DNA of 64,000 nt. It comes from an uncultured Gammaproteobacteria bacterium (GTDB taxonomy: Bacteria; Patescibacteriota; Microgenomatia; Levybacterales; UBA12049). Positions 10,234 to 19,245 of the stretch are shown here, one piece after another. The translations under genes and the position numbers were made by a program. The stretch lies in assembly GCA_964637955.1 (NCBI GenBank), contig CAZWXQ010000006.1:26926-90925 (forward strand), given 5' to 3'. Position 1 is the first letter of the stretch. Each line of letters opens with the position of its first letter. The notes under the pieces are model-generated. The model was not told the origin of the DNA, searched no databases, and worked only from the letters and a program-made list of their open reading frames with translations.

Positions 10234-10480
10234 GTTTATTTGAATTTTAACACACCTTGTCAATACTGTCAAACCTATAGCAAAAAAGAGTATTTAAATC
10301 GTATGTCCTGTAGTTTTAAGCATCGAAATTAGATTGTCAAATCAATCTAAACGAAATTAAATAAAACATGTGGATAACTCGTTGATAGATATTTTATCCC
10401 CAAAACCTTGTGGAAAAGCTTGTTACCCTTTAATTATTTATGTGATTTTTTCCGGAGTTGTTTTTATTGGTTTTAGAGGA

Positions 10481-11254
10481 TTAACTTTGCTTGATAATTG
10501 GGGTGAAGAGGGTGCGAAGTGAAGGCTTATATTCGTAATTAGCAGTTGATTCGAATAAAACCTTAATAAAAGAAAGCTTTTTATCGAACCTTACCATTTT
10601 CTTTTTTTGACTACCTATATCACGTATTCTAATGAGAGTGTCATTAAGGTTGCCAAGTTCCTTATACATTCCAATTTTTACAAAAACTTGAGAAAGAACA
10701 AATGGGTAAGCAGTGTCCTTATTGAACTTAATTAAGTCTTTTGGTAGCCTTGTTTTAGCTATCATCGCAGTCTCAAATTTGAATGTTTCTCCTGTGATCA
10801 AATGCTTATAGATATCATCAAATAGCAGTGGGTAATTTGAACTCCCTATTTTACGATTTTTATCATTCACAAGAGTCGTTTGACAACCAACTGCGCCTGC
10901 TTTTAGGTTTGTTTCAAGGAATTTTACCTGCTTTGCAAGTCTAGTTCTGTCTGCGATGTTTGTTGCATCCATGAGAGCTAGGTATGATCCTTTTGAAAGA
11001 CGTACTGCGCGGTTTAGGGTGCTTGCGAGGCCATATCTCTGAAGGTTATTATAAATTCTAAGTCTTTTGTCAATCTTCTTATATTTTCGAAGAATTTTGA
11101 GGCTATTATCTCCAAGATAGTCAACTACAGCTACAATTTCAAAATTTTGGTAAGTTTGATTGCTAAGGCTATTTAGGCAGGCCTCAAGATATGCCTCTGA
11201 TTTATAAACAGGCAATATGACAGATATTAATGGTTTTGGGTTTGCTTTTATCAT
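10481..11254 (-). CDS. Glycosyltransferase family 2
   Basis: ISVILPVY..E.YL..CL.SL..QTY.NFEI GT-A N-terminus; DxD position degenerate (MDAT). Confidence 0.85.
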   Translation of the reverse strand: MIKANPKPLISVILPVYKSEAYLEACLNSLSNQTYQNFEIVAVVDYLGDNSLKILRKYKKIDKRLRIYNNLQRYGLASTLNRAVRLSKGSYLALMDATNIADRTRLAKQVKFLETNLKAGAVGCQTTLVNDKNRKIGSSNYPLLFDDIYKHLITGETFKFETAMIAKTRLPKDLIKFNKDTAYPFVLSQVFVKIGMYKELGNLNDTLIRIRDIGSQKKKMVRFDKKLSFIKVLFESTANYEYKPSLRTLFTPIIKQS

Positions 11255-11327
11255 AGCTGGGAAGACTACTTATGAGGGCAGAATATGGTTGTATTTAGAT
11301 AAATGTTATCAGATATTTTTAATCAAG

Positions 11328-14297
11328 TCAATTTTTACGACTCCTTCTTTCGTAAATATAAAGACCTAGCAGAACGATAATTGTTCCAACGCTTAGAATG
11401 TATCCTAAGTATTGTAAGTATTGGGGTAGGTAGACGATTATAGTTGAATTTGGATTTGTAGATTTTGGATCATAAATCCAACCATTTGCCCAGTTATTTA
11501 CTAAAATATGATTATCAAGCTTTTTTCCGAAGATTACTGGAAACTGTTTTTTTAGCTTGTTATTTGATTTAACTTCATATGCTCTCCATCCTGAATCGAA
11601 GCTTTGATAATAAGTTAGAATTCGAGAATCTGTTTTTTTACTATTCTTGTTTATTAAAACTATTCCAGAAAGGAAGTCATATGGAACTATATTTGATTTA
11701 ATACTTTTTAATTCATTGACAGCTGTTTGATTGCCGATAGCAGTATTTTGAAAATGATATGAATATCCTGCGCCATATTCTTTCATTGGTGGTAGAAAAA
11801 GGTAATTTTTTTCAAAATTTTTATTTTTAGGCAACTTAATATCAATGTCAGCTTTTCGTGAGTCATGATTAATTACGGCAAATTGAAGCTGTCTTCCGGT
11901 AGTATTTTTACTTTCAATCTGAATTAGATATGAAGATCTTTGTGAGGCTCTATCAAGAATTATTGCATAGCAGCTTTCACTATTAAATGAAGTAAATTTG
12001 AGTGTTTTTTCATTTGTTGCTTCTTGTTTAAATATCGCATTCTTATCTTTTGGCTTTAAACAATCACCTGTTTTATGGTTTAGGAAAAATATGTCAGTGT
12101 TACTGTCATAATTATCTTGATCAATTTTATTGAATGTGATTTTAGCTTTACTGCCTATTATTTCAATGTTCGGTTGCTGGTCATAGAAATTTGGATCAAG
12201 CGGAGGAAGTAGGATGGGTGAGTTTTTAACATTCTCTGGTAAATTAGAATATAGAGAGATTGTTCTATCAGTTTCAGTTATTTCGATAGGGAATTCTAGA
12301 AGTCTTCGACTATCAAACAGTGATCTGAACAAATAGTAGTAGTCATATTCTTTGCTTTCATCTGTATAGTATTGACCTAGGTCATCAAATGCGTAATCCA
12401 CATTATTATAAGAGTAGGTAGGGCCAATATTTTTAACTTCATTTAATGAATATGTATTTCTGAAATTTTGAGGACTACTTTTAAGATTTACTTTATAAAT
12501 ATAAATATCATTCGTTTTAGGATCATTGTCGGATAATGTCTTTACAAGAGTAAATTTTTTATTTGCTTTGAGATAATTTTTAAGCTCAGTAACATATAAG
12601 AATTCATATGGATTTAAATATGGGGAAATATTATCATCGTAAATAATCCAATTGACTTGGTATTTTTCCATAATATTATCGATTTGATCAAATCTTTGAG
12701 AAAAAATAGCGTGCGTCATTTCCCAATAATAGTTTTCGTTGCCACGTCCCCAAACATCAAATGAGCGATCCATTACAGGTTGTTCGATTCCATACCATAA
12801 GAATCCAGATCCGCTATAGCCCCATTTGTAAACACTCCAGCCCCAATTCCATCCCTGTGGTAGATTGGCAATTCTTTCATTTTTATTTTGCTCTCCAAAA
12901 TATTTAAATAAATCAAAATAAATAGTTGGAATGTTAATTTTAGTTCTTGAATAAAGTAGGTTTCCTGTAAATGTTGGGATTGAAACGAAAATTAATGAAC
13001 AGAAAATTACTGCTGATGCAGCTAAGATAAGTAGTTTTTCTTTTTTGATTTTTATTTTATCTATCATTAAGCTAAGAAAAGCAGACACGCCAATTCCAAA
13101 AAGCACAGCGCAGAAAAATACAAAAGCTAATGAGAATTTAGTAAAGCTAATTCTAAACGCTTGTTTAAAAACAGGCAGATTTTGAAGAATTTCAGAGATC
13201 GAAGAGAATGGAAATGTGTTGGTTGCCAGAAATGTAAGGGAAAGTAAAAAGCCTATAAAAAAGAATGTAGAGTGTTTTGAATCACGTTTATATATAGATT
13301 TTATGCATCCAAGAAGAACAAATATAAATAGCCCAATTCCTATTAATTGAACAGGCTTTTTATTCATATGATTTTCCCAATGATCAAATACTTTAAACAC
13401 AGTTCCATCCGGAACTATGTCAATCGCTTCTGATAAAAATCCTTTAAATTGAAAAATATTATCTAGGGTTCCATATTTTTTATTTTTTTCAAGAAAATCT
13501 TCAGTCGATGAAATGTTGTTGTATGAATTTAAATAAGTTCCGCTATTTTTAAAAGTGTAATATCCAACAGGGAAGAGCCAATAAGAATTAATTAGAATAG
13601 TTATGAAAAGAATTAATATTCCAGACTTAATGCTTTTTAGATCCCTATTATTTAAGAAATCCAAAAACAAGAATATGAGTAAAAGCATTATATAAACTAG
13701 GAATATTGGTGGTATAAATCCTTGAGTAGAAGTGATTAACGTAATTAGCGCGAAGATAAATAAATATTTTTTGTTTCTATTTTCAAGATACTTAATAAGG
13801 CTAAAGAATAGCCATGGCATTGCGGCATAATGAACTATAAAAGCTTCAAGTTGAATATAAAAATTTTGAATTGTTGCATAATTTAACATATAAAAAATTC
13901 CACCAAGAAGTGCTGATGCTTCACTTATGATTTGGTTTTTATTTGAAACGAGTTTTCTAACCAAATAAAATATTCCAACAGATCCTGCTAAGAGGCAAAT
14001 AAAAGTAAAAATTGACCTAAGAAACATATCGGGAATTACGATCGACATTATGAATAGTATGATTGAGTGGGGAAGTGTTGCGCCGTATCCATGTCCACCG
14101 TAAGTTCCTACTCCCTGATTTGCTTGCCAAGTGGATGTTAAAGCTCGCGAAATATTTAGTCCGAAATTAAATTCAGGATGAAGATTATCCCAACCTGTAT
14201 ACCAAGTGGTTGAGAAATTTGTGACGAATATAGCAGCAAAGACTAAAACTAAAACCGTTAAATAGTAGTTTATTTTGGGCAATTTTAGTTTTCTCAT
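11328..14297 (-). CDS. Multi-pass membrane protein, probable GT-C/YfhO-like glycosyltransferase
   Basis: Many TM helices, large extracellular domain, C-terminal 'SFDSGW...VNNWANGW' plus TM; between two GT genes. Confidence 0.6.
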   Translation of the reverse strand: MRKLKLPKINYYLTVLVLVFAAIFVTNFSTTWYTGWDNLHPEFNFGLNISRALTSTWQANQGVGTYGGHGYGATLPHSIILFIMSIVIPDMFLRSIFTFICLLAGSVGIFYLVRKLVSNKNQIISEASALLGGIFYMLNYATIQNFYIQLEAFIVHYAAMPWLFFSLIKYLENRNKKYLFIFALITLITSTQGFIPPIFLVYIMLLLIFLFLDFLNNRDLKSIKSGILILFITILINSYWLFPVGYYTFKNSGTYLNSYNNISSTEDFLEKNKKYGTLDNIFQFKGFLSEAIDIVPDGTVFKVFDHWENHMNKKPVQLIGIGLFIFVLLGCIKSIYKRDSKHSTFFFIGFLLSLTFLATNTFPFSSISEILQNLPVFKQAFRISFTKFSLAFVFFCAVLFGIGVSAFLSLMIDKIKIKKEKLLILAASAVIFCSLIFVSIPTFTGNLLYSRTKINIPTIYFDLFKYFGEQNKNERIANLPQGWNWGWSVYKWGYSGSGFLWYGIEQPVMDRSFDVWGRGNENYYWEMTHAIFSQRFDQIDNIMEKYQVNWIIYDDNISPYLNPYEFLYVTELKNYLKANKKFTLVKTLSDNDPKTNDIYIYKVNLKSSPQNFRNTYSLNEVKNIGPTYSYNNVDYAFDDLGQYYTDESKEYDYYYLFRSLFDSRRLLEFPIEITETDRTISLYSNLPENVKNSPILLPPLDPNFYDQQPNIEIIGSKAKITFNKIDQDNYDSNTDIFFLNHKTGDCLKPKDKNAIFKQEATNEKTLKFTSFNSESCYAIILDRASQRSSYLIQIESKNTTGRQLQFAVINHDSRKADIDIKLPKNKNFEKNYLFLPPMKEYGAGYSYHFQNTAIGNQTAVNELKSIKSNIVPYDFLSGIVLINKNSKKTDSRILTYYQSFDSGWRAYEVKSNNKLKKQFPVIFGKKLDNHILVNNWANGWIYDPKSTNPNSTIIVYLPQYLQYLGYILSVGTIIVLLGLYIYERRSRKN

Positions 14298-15637
14298 ATT
14301 CGGTTTTGAATTAGAGAATAGGCAGATTTAAGATTGAATGAAAACCTTGGCTTGTCATTTATTTCGAAAATATTTATATTTGCTTTTGCAATTAAATTTG
14401 TGCTGTTTCTTGTTTCACCGAGTGCAGTAGAGAAGTCAGTTAAAACTTTATTGAATGATTTTTCTTGTGATTTCAGAATTAAATTTCCAAATGACTGCGT
14501 ATTAAAATTAAAAGCTAAGTCGCTAGTTTTTAATTCAAATTTATCCATCAAAATTTCTATATCATCATTTTTAAGCATCTTAGACATTTTACTACTTAAT
14601 ATAAAAGGTTTACCATATGTTATGGTATGAGAGAAGCATCCCGAGCCTCCAATAAGTCCTCTGTAAGGGAAGACAACGAGGTCTGCAGCTTGGAAATATG
14701 TAGGGATTTCTTCTTCCGGTACAAACCCTGTTACTTTTATTCCATTATCTTTGGATGCAGTATTTAGAAGTTCTTTGTAGAATTTTTGATAATACTTTTC
14801 ATGCTTTAGAGAGTATGCTTCTCCACCTGCGATAACTAAGCGAATATTTTTATATTCTTTCTTTTCTCTTAATTTTTTAACGTTACTTATAATCCAGTCA
14901 GCACCTTTATAATAAGAAACAAAACCGAAATAAAGGATTACGAATTCATTTTCTTTTACTCCAATTTTTTCTTTTGATTCACTTACGGTTTCTTTAGTCG
15001 CGATTTTATCAAGCCAGAATCTATTTAGAACTATTTTTTCAGGATTTACATACTTGGTAAGTCTGTCATAAATAACCTCATCCATAACTACGAATTTATT
15101 TACAATTATTCCTAAACTTATATACATAGATTTTAATCCTAAGTTAAATATTTTTAATTTTAGAGATTTTTTACTTAGGCCAAAATGCTTTGCTATGAAA
15201 TCAAGATTATTTACTACATTATGCGAGAAATAGGTTATATGTTTTCGAGTTAATTTTATGAGCACCATAAATGGAAGTAAGAGTGCGAAGTTTTTAATTC
15301 CACCGTTTACGAAGAATTCAGAATGAACTTGTACATATTTTACGTTATCAAATTTAAATAACCATTTTAAAATAATAGGGAAGAGAGAAGGATGTTTTTG
15401 GTCAAAAATTCTAAGTACCAAAATTCTTCCATTTGCATAAAGCTTTGGACTGTTGTCTCCCTGGACCTTTTCAGCAAAAACTACAAAGCGTTTATTATAC
15501 TTTTTACTAATAGGTTCTATTAAAGTCTTGGTATACCACGCGATACCATAATTCTTTTCACCCTTTCTTCTCGATTCGGGATAATCAGAAATTACAATAA
15601 TAGTATCTTTATTATTAAAATCTTTGATAAATTCCAT
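14294..15637 (-). CDS. Glycosyltransferase family 4 (GT-B)
   Basis: ILYFGFVSYYKG and GFVPEEEIPTYFQAADLVVFPY motifs; start set at ATG 15637. Confidence 0.85.
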   Translation of the reverse strand: MEFIKDFNNKDTIIVISDYPESRRKGEKNYGIAWYTKTLIEPISKKYNKRFVVFAEKVQGDNSPKLYANGRILVLRIFDQKHPSLFPIILKWLFKFDNVKYVQVHSEFFVNGGIKNFALLLPFMVLIKLTRKHITYFSHNVVNNLDFIAKHFGLSKKSLKLKIFNLGLKSMYISLGIIVNKFVVMDEVIYDRLTKYVNPEKIVLNRFWLDKIATKETVSESKEKIGVKENEFVILYFGFVSYYKGADWIISNVKKLREKKEYKNIRLVIAGGEAYSLKHEKYYQKFYKELLNTASKDNGIKVTGFVPEEEIPTYFQAADLVVFPYRGLIGGSGCFSHTITYGKPFILSSKMSKMLKNDDIEILMDKFELKTSDLAFNFNTQSFGNLILKSQEKSFNKVLTDFSTALGETRNSTNLIAKANINIFEINDKPRFSFNLKSAYSLIQNRI

Positions 15638-15976
15638 ATTTATTAACAAGTGCCTTTCTCTTCGATCTCCCTAAATTAGAGTGATCCAAGAGAAAGGTGA
15701 ACAGGAAGGTGGGTAGCATACAGCTACAAAGTTGCGTCGTTGGACGCAGCTCCACTAACTGGATCGCCTGTAGGTTTCTACACAATCGCCGCTAATTTTG
15801 GCAACTATGTCTATTCCTACTGGGAAACCAGCCTTTCTCAGGTATTGTGCAGAACATGCACATTCTCTGCTTGCGCAGCTAGGTCAGATACCTCCAACCT
15901 TTTCCTTACCTCCCAGAGGTAAGAGGGCGTACGCCGAACGGCGTACTCTAAACCCTCTCCCTCGGAGACGGCGTGC

Positions 15977-16837
15977 TCAGCTTTCGCGGAGCGGTCTACA
16001 GGACTGCGGAGCCCAGGCGGAAGCGACGTCGTCGCTTTTGTCTCCGTCCTGGATGTCCCAGTTCTGGGAAGTCAGCTTCGATCGCTCGGAGCTGTCCAAG
16101 TGCAGTAGCGCACCCGCAAGGCCATCGTCGTAGAGACGACCGCCGTTAGGTGCTTCAGGCACGCCGCCGTACTGGTTGACCAGCGCGGAGAACGTGTAGC
16201 ACTTGGAGGTTGGCGTCCAGCCACCCATCTTGAGGGGGAGACACCACGAGGGTGCGAAGATCGACTTGACGGTCGAGTTCGCTCCCTGGATGCCCCAGTC
16301 CTTCTTGTCGAGGATGGCCTTCTGGGCTTGGGTCACGTGGACCACGGCACCGATGATCGGCTTGTTGCCGGACTTCTTCCGGATCAGGCCGAAATCGGTG
16401 TTCAGGGCGTCCTCCTCGATGCCGAACTGGTTGTCCACCTTCTGGATGGTCAAGCAAGTCCGGGCTTTCGTTACCGAGGGGGTCCAGCCGCCGGTGGCGA
16501 GAGGGGCGCACCTGTTCGGGGTCCAAATGGAGCGTACGCGGCCTTCGCCTTGCACGAGCCATCCGGCATCCGAGAGGTCTTCTCTCTGGTCCTTGGTCAG
16601 GGAGACGACGACGCCTGCGCGCTGTCTTTTCCCGTTGTAGAGAACCCCGTTCTTCGCGGAGCCTCGCTGGACGTTGATCTGGATGCCGTAGAGGCGGTCC
16701 AGGGTGTTGAGGCTGAGGCACGAGGCCGCAGTCGCAACGTTGTCGGAACCCACGAGGGGAACCGAAGGGCTGACGCCGATCAGGCCGAGGGCCATGAACA
16801 GCGCTGCTACCAGGGTGATGAGCCGCGTTCGGCGCAT
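15977..16837 (-). CDS. Secreted high-GC orphan protein with three Cys-bounded repeats
   Basis: SD AAAGGAGG; signal peptide; 3 x (C...G...W.(V/I)Q...S.(W/F).P..C.PL). Confidence 0.8.
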   Translation of the reverse strand: MRRTRLITLVAALFMALGLIGVSPSVPLVGSDNVATAASCLSLNTLDRLYGIQINVQRGSAKNGVLYNGKRQRAGVVVSLTKDQREDLSDAGWLVQGEGRVRSIWTPNRCAPLATGGWTPSVTKARTCLTIQKVDNQFGIEEDALNTDFGLIRKKSGNKPIIGAVVHVTQAQKAILDKKDWGIQGANSTVKSIFAPSWCLPLKMGGWTPTSKCYTFSALVNQYGGVPEAPNGGRLYDDGLAGALLHLDSSERSKLTSQNWDIQDGDKSDDVASAWAPQSCRPLRES

Positions 16838-16930
16838 CGGATCCTCCTTTCGAGGAGTGGGTGGTCATAAGACCCCAACCGGAACGATCCCTCAGGACCG
16901 AAGAACGGTATTCAGGTCTAGACCGGTGGT

Positions 16931-18145
16931 CTAGGACAGCGGACGGCAGCTCTCGGGCGACCACAGCGTGACGGTCTGGCCCTTGTTGGCCGAAGCGACC
17001 GACGCAGTGTTGAGATGCATCGTCCAGCCGGGGAGTGCCGAGTACCTCTGGTTCAGCCTGAGCTGAGCGCCAGCGAGGTCGCCCTCGTTGTACTGCCAGT
17101 TGATCTTGTCCTCCGGCGTGTTCGTGAGAGCCGCGAGATCGTCGGTCGTCAGACAGACATCCTCGGGATCCTCGCTGCCGGTGGTGCCAGGATCGACTGG
17201 ATCGGGATCGGGGCCCGTGGCCGCACCGGTCATGCCGGAGTTGGCGTGGACGTTCCCGATCTCGGGCTGCACGCATGCGAAGGGCGTGCTGAGTTCGCTC
17301 CAGGAGAACCCGGACGCCCACACGGTGACTTCGCCCTTGGCGATGACGTTCGTGTACTGCGTGGAGCCCTGGCCGTCGGAATCGACGAGATGCTCATGGT
17401 AGCCCTTGAGCTTCTTCGTGATCCGGCCGGGATCGTTGGTCGTGACCACGTTGGGCCAGATGACCACGATGTTCTTGCCGTCGACCTGGAGGCCGGCGAC
17501 GTAGTTGACGTCGACGATGCGGTCGCCGTCAAGGTCAAGGGAGTCTTCCTCGGGCTGGCGAGCCTGGAACTTGACCGCGTCTGCGGTGAAGCCGGCTGCG
17601 TCGAACCACGCCTTCCAACCGTCGTTGTGGAAGTACGGGTCCAGCTCCGCGAGGAACTGCTGGTGGATCGCGAGCGCGGGTGCGCCTGCGCATTCACCGT
17701 TCGGGTTGCCGGGCTCGGGCGAGGCGTCGACGGGGCACAGGAAGATGTTCCCGTTGCTGTCGGCGTTCGCGTAGTCCGGGCACTGATCGATGCTGTTGTC
17801 CCAGCAGTCGCCGTCCCGATCGTTGTCGGTGCGAGTGCCAGGCTTGCAGCCATCGAGGATCGCGGACTTGCCGTCGTCGTCACCGAGGTTGTCGATGAAC
17901 CCGCCGGCAGCCGCCGCGAAGTTGCTCATGAGGTTCCCGCCGTGCTGCGGCAGGTTGCTCCCGTTGATCGGGACCAGCAGTGCCCCCACGATGAGAGCGC
18001 TGGTCAGGATGATGGCGAGAGCCACGGCGAGGGTCTCGAGGACCTTCGCGATGGACTTCGACCAGTTGGGGCGCGTGCGCTGCACGGGCTGCAGGTTGCC
18101 CTGCGCCATACCGGGCACGGTAGCCCAGCTTGCCTGGTTCGTCAT
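16931..18145 (-). CDS. Membrane-anchored high-GC orphan protein (404 aa) with acidic Ca-binding-like segment and one C-terminal copy of the same repeat
   Basis: SD AAGGAG before ATG 18145; TM helix; DNDRDGDCWDNSIDQCPD; C-terminal CL...AG...W...LWSPESCRPL. Confidence 0.75.
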   Translation of the reverse strand: MTNQASWATVPGMAQGNLQPVQRTRPNWSKSIAKVLETLAVALAIILTSALIVGALLVPINGSNLPQHGGNLMSNFAAAAGGFIDNLGDDDGKSAILDGCKPGTRTDNDRDGDCWDNSIDQCPDYANADSNGNIFLCPVDASPEPGNPNGECAGAPALAIHQQFLAELDPYFHNDGWKAWFDAAGFTADAVKFQARQPEEDSLDLDGDRIVDVNYVAGLQVDGKNIVVIWPNVVTTNDPGRITKKLKGYHEHLVDSDGQGSTQYTNVIAKGEVTVWASGFSWSELSTPFACVQPEIGNVHANSGMTGAATGPDPDPVDPGTTGSEDPEDVCLTTDDLAALTNTPEDKINWQYNEGDLAGAQLRLNQRYSALPGWTMHLNTASVASANKGQTVTLWSPESCRPLS

Positions 18146-18438
18146 GGGAGAGAGTCTCCTTGTTGTGTGCGAGTGGATGCGTCCGACTCGGTTGATGGGG
18201 TGGGTAGCCCTGGGTTTTGATTCCCTGGACACCTCCTTGGTTGGAGAGCTTCTTGACGACCTTTCTTTCGTCTGGATTGGTTGGGTTGGCCGATTGACTG
18301 GGTAGAGAGCTGAATAGACGTGATGTCCACTCATCTCTTAAGTTAAGCCCATTCGAGGCAACGATTTCTAGCACTGTTGCTAGCACGTATCGCCTGAACT
18401 TAACTCATAACTAACCCCCAGAACTCGCGCAGCATATG

Positions 18439-18546
18439 AATTTTCAATTTAAAATTTTCAATTTTCAATGAATTTTCATTTGTTTAATTTTTAAATTTTA
18501 AACATTTGGATTTCATTTGAAATTTGAAATTAAAAATTAATAATTC
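18439..18546. repeat. AT-rich heptamer palindromic element (TTTTCAA/TTGAAAA family)
   Basis: Tandem aattttc-type units followed by complementary gaaattt-type units, inside the leader of cassette 1. Confidence 0.7.
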
Positions 18547-19028
18547 TTGTGCATGGCACAAGTTGTGGGGAATAGCTATAAAGTTAAGCTAATCAACCAA
18601 CTAAAAAATTGATAATTAGAAATTCCTGTTCACCTTGTTAACGTACTAATCTTCGCAGAAACCTTATTTTTGTAATTGCTTACAAGTAAGATCTACTCGA
18701 AGTGCAATTTATTCTTCTGTCCTTAAGGATAAAGAAGAATGTTGCAAAAATTCGCCCTGCAGAGCAGGACCTTGCTGTTTATAAAAGAGCCCGCAAATGG
18801 GCAATTTATAAAAAGCTCGCGTATTATATTACATATTATAGGCCTTTGTCAAGTTGGCTTGGTAGGGATAGGGAAGGGGTATAGTGTTATAGCAAATTTG
18901 TATAAAAAATCTGGACATATCATTAATTGTCCAATTACTATTATATATGCTATAGGACACTGTATGTTGTTTAGTTTGGTATGAAGTTTAAGCTATCAAA
19001 ACAGCTGAAAACTAGCTAAAAAGCACTC

Positions 19029-19220
19029 TAGCCTCAGGTCAAGGTAGAGAAAGGGAATAAGCTATTTATTTAGTTTCGATCTGAGGCTAAAAGGTGAGAT
19101 ATTAGCCTCAATCAGAAAATACGAAAAAAATACGAACGATATGACTAAATTGTGAAAATTGAGGCTGGAAGTATGTTTTGAGGCTATTTCAAGCCTGGAA
19201 TTTGGTTGCATTTAGCCTCG
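19029..19220. repeat. Cluster of TAGCCTCA/TGAGGCTA 8-mers
   Basis: Exact copies at 19029, 19082, 19103, 19179; one-mismatch copies at 19160 and 19213. Confidence 0.7.
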
Positions 19221-19245
19221 GCTTATTAGATACTTATAATTAGAT

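Larger units (their letters stand above)
15694..18852 (-). other. High-GC cassette 1 with structured leader and paired ends
   Basis: Promoter TTGACA(18852)-N18-TATAAT; GCCC-ATTTGC-GGGC hairpin 18789-18802; boxA-like 18636-18647; 14-bp inverted repeat 18623-18636/15694-15707. Confidence 0.75.

Noticed and set aside
15740-18386. Many overlapping ORFs in cassette 1 (e.g. 16155-17321, 17015-18220, 17230-17883)
   Set aside because: Shadow frames typical of high-GC DNA; only the two minus-strand ORFs have SD, GC3 bias, signal/TM and a shared domain.
15694-18636. High-GC cassettes as IS elements, prophages or integrative islands
   Set aside because: No transposase, integrase or phage genes, no tRNA attachment site, no target duplication noticed. 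The inverted repeats lie inside the transcription unit, downstream of a native promoter. A non-autonomous element is not fully excluded.
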